A stretch of DNA of 64,000 nt from Enterococcus phage VRE9_2. This document shows positions 1 through 9,672 of the stretch, in pieces. The translations under genes were made by a program, and so were the position numbers. Positions within the stretch are counted from its first letter, which is position 1; every line of letters begins with the position of its first letter. Below the pieces are notes generated by a model. It saw nothing but the letters and a program-made list of their open reading frames with translations, searched no databases and had not been told where the DNA came from. The stretch lies in the sequence record PP680568.1; one strand, written 5' to 3'.

Positions 1-50
1 AAATCCTCTAATGTACCTGAAATTTTTACTTGATTTTTAAAAGTTGCCAT
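1..50 (-). CDS. N-terminal fragment of a gene running off the window start (minus strand)
   Basis: ATG at 48-50 (reverse complement), GGAGG RBS at 55-60, open frame to window edge. Confidence 0.35.
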   Translation of the reverse strand, partial: MATFKNQVKISGTLED

Positions 51-128
51 AATTTAATTTCCTCCAATATTTGTTTATCTTTTATATTATATTAATATTA
101 TAACCTATTTAACTAAAAAAGTCAAATT

Positions 129-530
129 TTATTTTTTGGGACCAGACTCTTTCCAACGTTTTAACGCTACTTGTAAACGATCATTAATTTCATATTCTTG
201 ATAATATCTAACTCGTTTACAAACCATGATATCGTTTCCTTTATGTTCTGCTCCAAAAACTGGTGCACTATTTTTAAAAGATTCTTTGACTAAACCTTCT
301 AAATCTTCACGACTAAATACTTTATAATATTTATCTAAGGCTTGTACAATACTTGTATAATCTTCCCAAGTAATCCCACCATCTGGACTAATTTGAACTC
401 CTGTGGTGTGAACACCTTTTTTGATTGGAAAAATTCCTTCTTTTTTAAGGAACGCATTTAAGTTTCGAGAAAAACTTTTAAAAATTTTCTTTTCTTGCTT
501 TTCATTTTTTGTCATAATAAAATCCTCCAT
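129..530 (-). CDS. hypothetical protein
   Basis: 133-aa ORF; conserved promoter-leader motif upstream on minus strand (548-590). Confidence 0.5.
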   Translation of the reverse strand: MEDFIMTKNEKQEKKIFKSFSRNLNAFLKKEGIFPIKKGVHTTGVQISPDGGITWEDYTSIVQALDKYYKVFSREDLEGLVKESFKNSAPVFGAEHKGNDIMVCKRVRYYQEYEINDRLQVALKRWKESGPKK

Positions 531-601
531 AAATACTTTTTAATATTTCTTATTTAACTTTATAATTAATTATATCATGTTGAACATAAAAAATCAAATT
601 T

Positions 602-853
602 TTAATTAGGGATAACAGCTTTACCTACAACAGCTTTTCCAACCACTGCGATTGTATCATCTGGAGTTCCATCGTCAATTGTTCGTTCAACATACCTAGT
701 TAAATCAATATCTTCACTCATTATTAGTCCATGTTTTGGACAATATAGATCTCCTGATTTATCGTCTAATTTACGATATACATTTCTCATAATTCTTTCT
801 TCATCATAACAAATCGGACAAAAATTATCAAGATTTAAATTTACTTTCATCAT
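602..853 (-). CDS. small zinc-ribbon protein with C-terminal VGKAVVGKAV repeat; paralog of 16645..16860
   Basis: CPICY...CPKHG Cys pairs; C-terminal GKA(V/I)VGKA repeat shared with the ORF at 16645. Confidence 0.5.
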   Translation of the reverse strand: MMKVNLNLDNFCPICYDEERIMRNVYRKLDDKSGDLYCPKHGLIMSEDIDLTRYVERTIDDGTPDDTIAVVGKAVVGKAVIPN

Positions 854-908
854 AAAAAATTCCTCCTTTTCTTATCTTTATAATTTAAAAAGGAGGAATC
901 ATCCATTA

Positions 909-1109
909 TTATTCATCGTCCTCAATAACTAATTCTAATTCACTAGGACTACAATTACAATATTGTTGAAAACCATGATATTTACAATTTAAAGTTTTTT
1001 CTCCATGTTCATTTTTTTCAGAATATAAACGAACTAATTTATCTTTTTCTTGCTTACATACTGGACAAAAATATTTTCTAGAATAATATCTAATCATATT
1101 ACTCACCAA
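909..1109 (-). CDS. small Cys-rich (zinc-finger-like) protein
   Basis: 66 aa with CPVC...CKYHG...CNC. Confidence 0.4.
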   Translation of the reverse strand: MVSNMIRYYSRKYFCPVCKQEKDKLVRLYSEKNEHGEKTLNCKYHGFQQYCNCSPSELELVIEDDE

Positions 1110-1359
1110 ATTCTCGTTTTAACATTAAATTAATTTGTTGAATATTAAAACCAGTTGTTAAAACTGTTCCATCTTCTCGCATTAATGCTGGTAATGATAA
1201 TACATTACCTTTTTCTACTAATTCATTATATTTTTCTGGATCTTTTTCTTTATGAACACTTACGATATGCTTGTTATATTTTTGCATATTTTTAGTTTTT
1301 AAATAACCTTCCAATTGATTACAATATGGACAATTATCTTTTGATAGTTTATAAATCAA
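1099..1359 (-). CDS. nrdH: NrdH-like glutaredoxin
   Basis: 86 aa, CPYC redox motif near N-terminus, immediately upstream of nrdI/nrdF/nrdE. Confidence 0.7.
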   Translation of the reverse strand: MIYKLSKDNCPYCNQLEGYLKTKNMQKYNKHIVSVHKEKDPEKYNELVEKGNVLSLPALMREDGTVLTTGFNIQQINLMLKREFGE

Positions 1360-1368
1360 ATTATATCA

Positions 1369-1869
1369 CTACTCCTTAATAAAATTATTAAACATTTCTA
1401 AATCTTCTTTATGCTCTTCTGGAATAAAAGTTAATTCAAACTTGATCTTAGGAATATCTTTCTCTAAAATAACTTGAATATTATCTAATGCTCCGCAGAA
1501 ATGAGTATAAATTGTAATTCCACTACCAAATAATAAAACTGGTTTGTTTATTAATACATCTCTATTAGAAATTACAAAAGATTTAATATTTTTAGGAATC
1601 TTTCCATTACTCCATGTGTAAGTTCCTATAATTATTTTATCATACTCTTCTAAATTTGTCAAGTCATCTTTTGTATTTTTTATAACAAAATTAACATTTG
1701 GATAAGTTTTTACTATAAAATCAACAAAAGTTTTTGTATTCCCAGATAAACTCTCATAAATTACAAGCACTTTAGATCCAAGAGAGAGAGATTCTATATG
1801 CGAAGGGATTGCTTTGGGCGGAGCTAATTTCACTCCACCCGTGCAAAATGTTTTTTCATTATTATCCAT
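1369..1869 (-). CDS. nrdI: NrdI flavodoxin-like RNR stimulatory protein
   Basis: LVIYESLSGNTKTFV and LLFGSGITIY...FCGA motifs resemble NrdI; operon position between nrdH and nrdF. Confidence 0.7.
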   Translation of the reverse strand: MDNNEKTFCTGGVKLAPPKAIPSHIESLSLGSKVLVIYESLSGNTKTFVDFIVKTYPNVNFVIKNTKDDLTNLEEYDKIIIGTYTWSNGKIPKNIKSFVISNRDVLINKPVLLFGSGITIYTHFCGALDNIQVILEKDIPKIKFELTFIPEEHKEDLEMFNNFIKE

Positions 1870-2912
1870 TATAATTCATCCCAATTATTTTTATCGTCTG
1901 TTGCTTTAGAATAATTTACTACACGATTTTCAAAGAAATCTGTTTTTGTATTATTGATATTATCTGAATCATAGGTCTTAATCCAAATCATTGGATTGGT
2001 TAAAGCTTCAGTATAAACTTTAGTTAAGCCCAGATTTTGTAATAGAATATTAGCACGCCATTCAATATAGTGTTCTAATTCTTCCATATCTAAAACAGCA
2101 TAATCTTTATATAAATCTCGAGCCAATTCCTGCTCAGATTTAACTACTTTATCAAAGAACGCATAAACCCAATTACTAAAATCTTCACTCTCTTGGGACG
2201 AAAGATGTAATTCAGACATAATTTGTCGTACAACTAACGTTTGGAAATAACTATGTTGTACTTCGTCACGCTGGATCAACTGAATAATTTGTCCTGTTCC
2301 TAACATTTTTTTGTTTCGATTCAATAAATAAAATGGAGTAAATCCATTTGTAAACCTAATACCTTCAAGTGCTGCCATAGCTGCTAAGGCTTTAGCCATA
2401 TTTAATCTAGTTGGAGTTTCCAAAAATGTCTCAAATGTATCTAAAATCATTTCACTTGAGCCAAGAATATATTTATCTGTTTTAGGAATTTCAAATACTT
2501 CCTTCGCTTCTTCTTTCGTCATAAAAGTAGTAGCAATATAAGTATAACTTTCATTATGAATTGATTCTTGAGAAGCGATATAAGCCATAATAGCTTTGAT
2601 AGCAGGGTTTTTAATGTACGCTGCCAATTGACCATCAATAACAGTAGAAATAGAATCTAGTAATACTAATTGAGAAATAGCTCGTTTATAAAAAGTTTTT
2701 TCAATGTCGCTCATATTATCTCGCCAATCTCTACTATCAGTATTTAACCCTACTTCTTGAGGAATCCAAAAATTTTGTTTTAGTTCTGAATATACATCAT
2801 ACCATACAGGATTTTGTTCGTCCCAATATAATAATCCAGAATGTTCTCCAAAAATTGATTCATTTGTATTTTCTGCATCTTTATTAAATAATCTAATATG
2901 TTTTTCTAACAT
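1869..2912 (-). CDS. nrdF: ribonucleotide reductase small (R2) subunit, class Ib NrdF-like
   Basis: NFWIPQEV, ESIHNESY (ExxH iron ligand), 347 aa. Confidence 0.88.
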   Translation of the reverse strand: MLEKHIRLFNKDAENTNESIFGEHSGLLYWDEQNPVWYDVYSELKQNFWIPQEVGLNTDSRDWRDNMSDIEKTFYKRAISQLVLLDSISTVIDGQLAAYIKNPAIKAIMAYIASQESIHNESYTYIATTFMTKEEAKEVFEIPKTDKYILGSSEMILDTFETFLETPTRLNMAKALAAMAALEGIRFTNGFTPFYLLNRNKKMLGTGQIIQLIQRDEVQHSYFQTLVVRQIMSELHLSSQESEDFSNWVYAFFDKVVKSEQELARDLYKDYAVLDMEELEHYIEWRANILLQNLGLTKVYTEALTNPMIWIKTYDSDNINNTKTDFFENRVVNYSKATDDKNNWDEL

Positions 2913-2931
2913 TAAAATCTTCTCCTTTATA

Positions 2932-3138
2932 TTACTCTAAATGATTTGTCCATTCATCAATTGAATCTAACCATTCAGAAAAATCATTTGTCGTTCGATT
3001 TTCATCAACAACAAAACAATCATGAAGATAACTAATAATTTCATCTTCAGTTTTATATCCTTTATTTTCAGCTTCCTCAGTAAGGTCATATAAGTTTTGA
3101 TATAAGACCTTACCATTTTCTGTAAATTTTGCTTTCAT
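2932..3138 (-). CDS. hypothetical protein
   Basis: 68-aa ORF in operon. Confidence 0.4.
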   Translation of the reverse strand: MKAKFTENGKVLYQNLYDLTEEAENKGYKTEDEIISYLHDCFVVDENRTTNDFSEWLDSIDEWTNHLE

Positions 3139-3140
3139 TT

Positions 3141-3401
3141 TTATAGATCCTCTACATTAAAATGAATGTTCTTTTGCTTCTTGTAAGCATCTAGATAAAT
3201 TTCTTTTTTATCTCCATTTAAGGTTACTTCATAATACATACCATCAGAAATTGCTGTAGATAAAAGTAGTTTACTATTTTGTAGCACTTTTGTACTCCAG
3301 ACAACATATACATCTTCTAAGGTATAGTTTCCTTCTAAATTTTTATTAGAATAATCTAAGACCAATTTTTTAGCTGCTTCTACAAATAATTCATGTTTCA
3401 T
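3141..3401 (-). CDS. hypothetical protein
   Basis: 86-aa ORF. Confidence 0.4.
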   Translation of the reverse strand: MKHELFVEAAKKLVLDYSNKNLEGNYTLEDVYVVWSTKVLQNSKLLLSTAISDGMYYEVTLNGDKKEIYLDAYKKQKNIHFNVEDL

Positions 3402-3480
3402 TTATTTTCCTCTTTTCTTTATCTTTATATATTTATTATATCATAATAAATAAGGAATTTCAAATAAGAAATTCCTTATT

Positions 3481-4002
3481 TTAAATTTGTTCCCAATAAT
3501 ATCCATAGGCAGATTTAATTTTTCCAGTTGCAGCACTTCTAATATTACCACTACCTTTTTTTAAAAAATCTGCAGCTTCTTTACTATTTTTAAAAATTAA
3601 AACTTCTCCTGTTTTTTTATGGGTTGCTTTTAATTTTATACTTCTTTTGTCAGCAGAAATTCTAGATCCCTTTTCAGAATTTGCTTTTGATAGTCCATTA
3701 TTATAAGCATGTTGAGTATTCTCAGATATAGTTGCCCATTCTAGGTTAGAAACAACATTATTAAGTTTATTCCCATCTTTATGGTTCACACTATATTTAT
3801 TTTCTGGATTTTCTAAAAAAGCTATTGCTACTAATCTATGAGCATAAAATTGTTGCTTCTTCCCATTCATATAGAGAGTATGTTGTCTATAGCCATGACT
3901 ATTAATTCCGCCAGATAATATTCTATTTCCTCTTTTTAGTCTGCCATAGGAGGAGATCTCATAGACCTCCCACCCCTTGACAGGCAACCATAGTTCTTTC
4001 AT
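3481..4002 (-). CDS. HNH homing endonuclease (free-standing)
   Basis: YEISSYGRL...NHKDGNKLNN...NLEWATISENTQHAYN HNH/AP2-like; start re-set to MKELWL with AAGGAG RBS overlapping nrdE stop. Confidence 0.72.
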   Translation of the reverse strand: MKELWLPVKGWEVYEISSYGRLKRGNRILSGGINSHGYRQHTLYMNGKKQQFYAHRLVAIAFLENPENKYSVNHKDGNKLNNVVSNLEWATISENTQHAYNNGLSKANSEKGSRISADKRSIKLKATHKKTGEVLIFKNSKEAADFLKKGSGNIRSAATGKIKSAYGYYWEQI

Positions 4003-4013
4003 TCTTTTTCTCC

Positions 4014-6443
4014 TTAAGAACTGCAAGCAACACAATCATCTACACGAGAAGCATCATGAGAACGGGTATAGTAAGAAGATTTAATACCTCTAGACCAAAC
4101 TTCCATATGAAGACGTAGTAAGTTTTTAACTTTAATATCGTCTAAAATATATAAATTAAATGAAGTAGATTGATCTACCCATTTTTGACGTTCTGCGTTG
4201 TGGAGAACAGCCCACATATGACCTAAATCTTTTTCTCCTTCATACTCCATCAACATGGTTGGTTTATAATAGAACCATGTTTCTAAACCTAGTTCTGGAG
4301 CAATGACAGGTGTACGAGAATCTTTCTTACCATCAAAAAAGATAGTATCGTAAACTGTATCTGCCGCTGCAGTAGAACCAGCTAATAAAGAGGTAGAACC
4401 TGTTGGAGCAACTGCTCTTAAATATCCATTCCGCATACCTTTTTTAGCTTTGAAATAAACCTCTGCTCGATAAGCATCCTCAATATCACCTTGACAAACT
4501 CCTCGATGGTCCAACCATTCTCCTGTATTCCATTGGCTTCCCTCAAATAAAGGGTAGCTTCCTTTCTCTTGGGCTAAATCTGCCGACGCCTCAATAATAT
4601 TTAACATGATTCTTTCTTCTAATCGAGCAATTAATTTAGTTGCTTCAACTGAATCAAAATGAATTCCTTGTTTAGCCAAAACTGCTGCAATACCTTGTTC
4701 ACCAATCCCAATAGCACGATAACGATTATTTGTATACTGGGCTTGTAAAACAGGTAAATTATTAACAGTAATAACTGCATCAGTAGCACGAACTTGAGTA
4801 CGTAAAACCTGTCTTAATTTTTCAAATGCCTTAACATCATCATTAGTTTGTGGTCCTTCAATGGAAAGAGTAAAATCTTTCAAAACATTGTTAAGAACAA
4901 TAGAAGATAAATTACATGTTACAAAATCTCCACTTTGTTTATGGATAATAATTTCTCCTAGTTCATTAATAGTTTCTTTAGTCATGGTTGTAGGAGATTG
5001 ATTTTGCACAATTTCAGAACATAGATTAGAACAGTATACCATCCCTACATGATTGTTAGGATTATCTCTATTTGCAGTATCCCGATAAAACATATAAGGT
5101 AAACCAGTTTCTAGTTGAGAACGCATAATTTTTTTCATAATTTCAATAGCTGGTAAACGTTTCTTTAAATGTAAATCATTATTGTCTACAGCCTTAAAAT
5201 AATGATAAGAGAAAGCGTGACGATCAGGGTCTAGGGGTGATCTTCCATCCCATTTTTCTTTATCGTAGAAATCTTCCAGAGAAAAACCTAATACTTTTTT
5301 CACTTCGTGAGGATCAAATAAATACCAGTCTCCACGTTTTTCTACTTGTTGCATGAATAAATCAGGAATAGAAGCACCTAAAAATAGTTCATGCGCTCGT
5401 TTAGATAGATCTCCTGTATTTAAACGTAACTCTAAGAAATCTTCTATATCATAATGCCAAACATCCAAATATGCTGCAATAGCACCACTACGAACTCCTA
5501 ATTGGTCTACTGAAACAGCAGTATTATTTAATTGTTTAAGCCAACCAACAATACCACCTGCAGCACCAACATTTCCTCTAATATCTGAACCAGCAGCACG
5601 AATTTTACCTACATAAATACCAATACCTCCACCAGCCTTGCTTAGGCGAGCAGCATCTGTATTATCATCATAAATCCCTTGTAAGCTATCTTCTGTTGTT
5701 AAAATAAAACAGCTAGAAAATTGTGCATCTGGTCGTCCAGCGTTTGCAAATGTTGGGGTAGCCATAGTAACTTCTTGTTTAGACAATACGTCGTATAATT
5801 CTTTTACATGTTGTAGTCTATCTTGCGTTTCTTCTCTTAATAAAGAAATTGCAATTGTCATATAACGTTCTTGTGGTAGTTCAAATACTGAACGTCCTTT
5901 ATCTTTAGCCCGAATAAGATATCTTTCAGACATATTATATAAACCAGCATAAGTCAAAAGTAAGTCTCGTTCTGGTTTAATATATTTACCTAATTCTTGA
6001 ATTTCTTCTTTAGTATATTTTACAAAAATCTCTGGTTCAATAAGACCTTGTTCACCAAGAGAAGAAAGAAGACCAAAATAGTCGCCATATTTTGAATCGA
6101 CATCATAACTTCGATTTTTTGAAGCTCGTTTATACAATGAATTTAATAATGCTCTAGCTGCCACAAATTCAAATTGTGTATTGCCTAATTTATCAAAATC
6201 CATCATTTCTCCATCTTTAAAGTCCATGATTCTGTCAATTGCATTTTGAATGATAACATCATTAATATCTCGGAAATCAATCTCTTGCCTACCCTGAATT
6301 TGTTTAATAACGCCTTTCTTATAGGCTTCAAATGTATCTGAATGAACATCCAATCCTTCTTTAAAGCTATCTAATTTATTAATTAATCGTTGTGGATCAA
6401 ATTCTAATTTTCTCAATCCATTATCTTTTATTACTACTGTCAA
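4014..6443 (-). CDS. nrdE: ribonucleotide reductase large (R1) subunit, class I NrdE/NrdA-like
   Basis: FSSCFIL, CSNLCSEI active-site motifs, C-terminal CVAC pair, N-terminal ATP-cone-like VIKDNG..FDPQRL; 809 aa. Confidence 0.88.
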   Translation of the reverse strand: MTVVIKDNGLRKLEFDPQRLINKLDSFKEGLDVHSDTFEAYKKGVIKQIQGRQEIDFRDINDVIIQNAIDRIMDFKDGEMMDFDKLGNTQFEFVAARALLNSLYKRASKNRSYDVDSKYGDYFGLLSSLGEQGLIEPEIFVKYTKEEIQELGKYIKPERDLLLTYAGLYNMSERYLIRAKDKGRSVFELPQERYMTIAISLLREETQDRLQHVKELYDVLSKQEVTMATPTFANAGRPDAQFSSCFILTTEDSLQGIYDDNTDAARLSKAGGGIGIYVGKIRAAGSDIRGNVGAAGGIVGWLKQLNNTAVSVDQLGVRSGAIAAYLDVWHYDIEDFLELRLNTGDLSKRAHELFLGASIPDLFMQQVEKRGDWYLFDPHEVKKVLGFSLEDFYDKEKWDGRSPLDPDRHAFSYHYFKAVDNNDLHLKKRLPAIEIMKKIMRSQLETGLPYMFYRDTANRDNPNNHVGMVYCSNLCSEIVQNQSPTTMTKETINELGEIIIHKQSGDFVTCNLSSIVLNNVLKDFTLSIEGPQTNDDVKAFEKLRQVLRTQVRATDAVITVNNLPVLQAQYTNNRYRAIGIGEQGIAAVLAKQGIHFDSVEATKLIARLEERIMLNIIEASADLAQEKGSYPLFEGSQWNTGEWLDHRGVCQGDIEDAYRAEVYFKAKKGMRNGYLRAVAPTGSTSLLAGSTAAADTVYDTIFFDGKKDSRTPVIAPELGLETWFYYKPTMLMEYEGEKDLGHMWAVLHNAERQKWVDQSTSFNLYILDDIKVKNLLRLHMEVWSRGIKSSYYTRSHDASRVDDCVACSS

Positions 6444-6517
6444 ATAAATCTCTCCTTTTTCAATTCTGTAATCTTTATAAAACCCAATATATAGATATTT
6501 ATACGAAATAAACCACC

Positions 6518-7000
6518 TTATATAGAAGCATATTTAATCAAGGCAAGTAAGACATCTATCAATCCATTATTACAATCAATAAACACTGATTCGGCTTTTC
6601 CTTTTCGTCCTATTACAGAAACCTCTTTTTTGTCTATATCTACAATCATAGCTGTATATTTTCCTGTGGTAGAATATAAAATAAATCCAATAGCTTTTCC
6701 ATCTTTGTCATGTTTGATATATATTTCATCTTCGGTATAACCTAACGCATCTATAATATAAAAAACTATAGTTCTCATATTTGTCCCCGCTGTTTCTTTA
6801 TCAAAGTATAAACTCATAGATGATATAAAATCTCTTTTATAAGAATGACGATCATAAAACATTAAATTTAAAGAATCTTTAGTTATTATAGGACTTACTT
6901 CAATTCTTCCTTTTGGAGAATATATCTTGCCCTCCACTCTTAAAACTTTAGAGCGGCTAATTTCATTTACAATTGCACTTACCTCTTCTAATGGTTTCAT
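6518..7000 (-). CDS. hypothetical protein
   Basis: 160-aa ORF. Confidence 0.45.
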   Translation of the reverse strand: MKPLEEVSAIVNEISRSKVLRVEGKIYSPKGRIEVSPIITKDSLNLMFYDRHSYKRDFISSMSLYFDKETAGTNMRTIVFYIIDALGYTEDEIYIKHDKDGKAIGFILYSTTGKYTAMIVDIDKKEVSVIGRKGKAESVFIDCNNGLIDVLLALIKYASI

Positions 7001-7090
7001 ATTTTTTCTCCTTTTAAAATTATTATAAAATAAAAATCCTTACTATATAAATTATAACATAGTAAGGATTTTTTGTCAATTTATTTAATT

Positions 7091-7657
7091 TTAATACCAG
7101 CCATTAGCCATCCAAAAAGCTTGTGCCGCTTCCCACGAACCATAACGCTGAGCTACATAATTTTCTGCAACACGTTCCTGGTTTGCTGGAGAATGATCTC
7201 CATTTAGATAAGCTGAATCTAGTTGATAACGTCCGATGTAACGACCATTTGTTGCTGAATATGAACCACCTGATTCACGTTGAGCAATCCATTCTTTTGC
7301 TGAGTTTGTCCCTGTTGAAGGAGTTTGTTCTACTACTGGGGCTTGTTCTACAACATTTTCTTGTACAACTGGAGTTTCAACTACCGCCGCTGTTGCTGGA
7401 GCCTGAACCTCTCCATTGGTTGGAATCAATAATAAATCTCCAACAAAAATCATATTAACATCACTAACTGTATCAATGTTAGCTTGATGGATTAGACTAT
7501 AATCTAGCCCATATTTATTACCGATAGTAGATAATGTATCTCCTGCTTCTACTTCGTAATAAGTCTGCCCATCTTTTTGAATTTCTGCTGCGTGGACGCC
7601 TGTTCCACCAATAAATAAAGCTCCTGCTAATAGTCCTGCGATAATAATTTTCTTCAA
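7091..7657 (-). CDS. secreted LysM-domain protein with C-terminal GSWEAAQAFWMANGWY (Apf-like) domain
   Basis: signal peptide MKKIIIAGLLAGALFIGG..HA; LysM YEVEAGDTLSTIGNKYG; C-terminal domain resembles Lactobacillus aggregation-promoting-factor tail. Confidence 0.65.
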   Translation of the reverse strand: MKKIIIAGLLAGALFIGGTGVHAAEIQKDGQTYYEVEAGDTLSTIGNKYGLDYSLIHQANIDTVSDVNMIFVGDLLLIPTNGEVQAPATAAVVETPVVQENVVEQAPVVEQTPSTGTNSAKEWIAQRESGGSYSATNGRYIGRYQLDSAYLNGDHSPANQERVAENYVAQRYGSWEAAQAFWMANGWY

Positions 7658-7661
7658 ATTG

Positions 7662-7991
7662 TTATTCTCCCTTTTCTTTTAGTTTTTCGTTAAGCAATGA
7701 AGCATATCCATTTGCTTCGTTAAATTCTAAAAACTTAATTTTGGCAACACTTAAGCCAGTAAAACAATTTCGTTGAGAATCTACTAAAGCTTCTCGTTCA
7801 AATTGTGCTGAATTAAAGTTGTCTTTTACGAAGTCGAAAAATGGAAATATAATGTCTCCATCTTCTGAAAAAGGAATATCTAATAGAAAAGCTTCGTAAA
7901 CCCAATCATCTAATGATTCCAATTTCTTATTTACAACTTTATAAGCCTCTTTACCAAAAATAGTTTTTGTTGCTTCAACGATGTATTCCAT
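7662..7991 (-). CDS. hypothetical protein
   Basis: 109-aa ORF. Confidence 0.45.
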   Translation of the reverse strand: MEYIVEATKTIFGKEAYKVVNKKLESLDDWVYEAFLLDIPFSEDGDIIFPFFDFVKDNFNSAQFEREALVDSQRNCFTGLSVAKIKFLEFNEANGYASLLNEKLKEKGE

Positions 7992-8058
7992 ATGAAATTC
8001 CCCTTTTCTTGTTTTAATAAAAAAGACCCTATTACAAAATTATTACAGTTAAATTACA

Positions 8059-8616
8059 TTAAAATAACCGTGACTTCTTCTTTGTAATTTTTACTGAAGT
8101 ATGAACTTTATTATCATCTTCTACAGTAATTTGATTATTTTTAACTACAACAACAAGATATTGTTCTTCAAGTTTTTCTGCTAATTTTTCTACAAAAGAA
8201 TTTAGTTTTTTAGCTACAATAACTTCTCCTTCTGCAACTTGAGGACTTTTATGTCGAGTTACTTTTACCTCATAAAATGTATCGCCATCTTTAATACCAG
8301 CAATGCGTTTTTGAGAATCTAAAAGTTTAAATTCAATATCTTCGTCCTCTTGAAGAAAACCGAATGCCATATTCGCTAATCCCCACTTATCTGCAACCAT
8401 TTGTTTTGTTGGAGTAGCACGACCCGCTTCGATTAAATAATCGTCCCAATTTTTCAGAATTTCATATTCAAACTCTTGATGCTTAGAGTCTGGTTTTTTT
8501 ATGCCATTTTTCAGATTTTCTTTAAATTTTCTACTTGTAATAATAGAATTATAATACATAGACATAAATTTTCTATCCTCTGTAGTTTGTTGGAATGCAC
8601 CGTATTTGTTTTCCAT
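8059..8616 (-). CDS. hypothetical protein
   Basis: 185-aa ORF. Confidence 0.45.
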   Translation of the reverse strand: MENKYGAFQQTTEDRKFMSMYYNSIITSRKFKENLKNGIKKPDSKHQEFEYEILKNWDDYLIEAGRATPTKQMVADKWGLANMAFGFLQEDEDIEFKLLDSQKRIAGIKDGDTFYEVKVTRHKSPQVAEGEVIVAKKLNSFVEKLAEKLEEQYLVVVVKNNQITVEDDNKVHTSVKITKKKSRLF

Positions 8617-8740
8617 AAAATAAAAACTCCTTTTAAAATTCTTTTATTTCTTAACTATATATATATTATATCATTTTTAAATAAGTTTTTCAAATTAAAT
8701 TAAAAAAGGCTGAGGAAAACTCAGTCTTTTTTAATAGAAA

Positions 8741-8995
8741 TTATTCTTCAACTTTTTCGTCAATCTCTTTTTCTTCAATTGTTGCAGGAGATTGCAGTTG
8801 TTGAATAGCTTCAAGCAATTGTTTGTTTGCAGCTTCTGATTTAGCCAATACAACTTCTTGTCTTGCTATTTCACCCATTGCTTGAGTAAGCAATTCTTGT
8901 GTTCCAATTAATTGTTGTCGAGCAACAGCTAATTCAAATTCTGCTTGTTCTAATAGCTGTTCAACTGTTGGATGTTGGTCTGTTTTATTTTCCAT
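8741..8995 (-). CDS. hypothetical coiled-coil protein
   Basis: 84 aa, Q/L/E-rich heptads. Confidence 0.4.
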   Translation of the reverse strand: MENKTDQHPTVEQLLEQAEFELAVARQQLIGTQELLTQAMGEIARQEVVLAKSEAANKQLLEAIQQLQSPATIEEKEIDEKVEE

Positions 8996-9444
8996 TATTG
9001 TGTTACCTCCACTGATGTTTTTCCATCTTCTGAAACAACAAAATGTCGAACTTTATTAGTCATATCTCCAGTACGATTTGCTCTAATACGTTCATACATA
9101 GCTGTTTTACGATCGATAAATGCTTGGATTTCATTTTGTAATTCAGACCTCATTTGTTCTAAGGTCTCAAATGTTTCAAGATCCATTTTGATATCTCCTA
9201 AGTTATTTAGAATATCAATATAAGAACGTAATAAAGCAATACGAGTCCCCACTTTTTCTGTCGCCATATCTAAATCATCTGGATGAGTCTGACTAACTCC
9301 GGTACCCTTAACTATCTTACCATTGGTTAGTTCTGCTGTAGTAATAACAGTCACCTTAGATACGATATTGATACCATCTACTTCTGTAAATTCTGGAAAA
9401 GAATCAGATGTTATAATTCGTTCTAATACATTTTTAACTTCCAC
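8995..9444 (-). CDS. hypothetical protein
   Basis: 149-aa ORF; conserved promoter-leader at 9440-9485 on minus strand. Confidence 0.45.
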   Translation of the reverse strand: MEVKNVLERIITSDSFPEFTEVDGINIVSKVTVITTAELTNGKIVKGTGVSQTHPDDLDMATEKVGTRIALLRSYIDILNNLGDIKMDLETFETLEQMRSELQNEIQAFIDRKTAMYERIRANRTGDMTNKVRHFVVSEDGKTSVEVTQ

Positions 9445-9672
9445 TAAAATTTCCTCCTTATTTAACTTTATAATTAATTATATCATCCTTAATAAAAAAA
9501 GTCAATAATTATCTCGCCAAACACCCTTTATTTTTTTTCGTGCTTTTTGTCTAGTTAATGGATACCATTGTTCACTTTTAGCTTTTTTTAAAATTTGAGC
9601 TTCAATTGGAATCCATCTACCATCACTATCTTTTCTATATATTAACATATTACTCTCTCCCTGTCAAGTAAA

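Noticed and set aside
4014-6443. Intein or second intron in nrdE (809 aa is long for NrdE)
   Set aside because: The extra length is explained by an N-terminal ATP-cone-like segment. No intein block motifs (C/S...HN) or reading-frame interruption were seen.
7123-7458. Plus-strand ORF (111 aa) antisense to the LysM gene
   Set aside because: Fully overlaps a well-supported minus-strand gene; L-rich translation typical of antisense AT-rich artefact. The same reasoning was applied to 8476..8703, 8972..9223, 9323..9508, 13165..13392, 15694..16002, 17604..17840, 22459..22722, 23475..23837, 23792..24028, 25657..25857, 36202..36471, 40869..41230, 44065..44253, 44859..45056, 46937..47179, 47257..47469, 47972..48181, 48761..48946, 49875..50075, 51637..51828, 51963..52169, 53793..53993, 56606..56803, 57196..57480, 57615..57842, 59058..59240, 59883..60083, 61111..61293 and 62381..62632.
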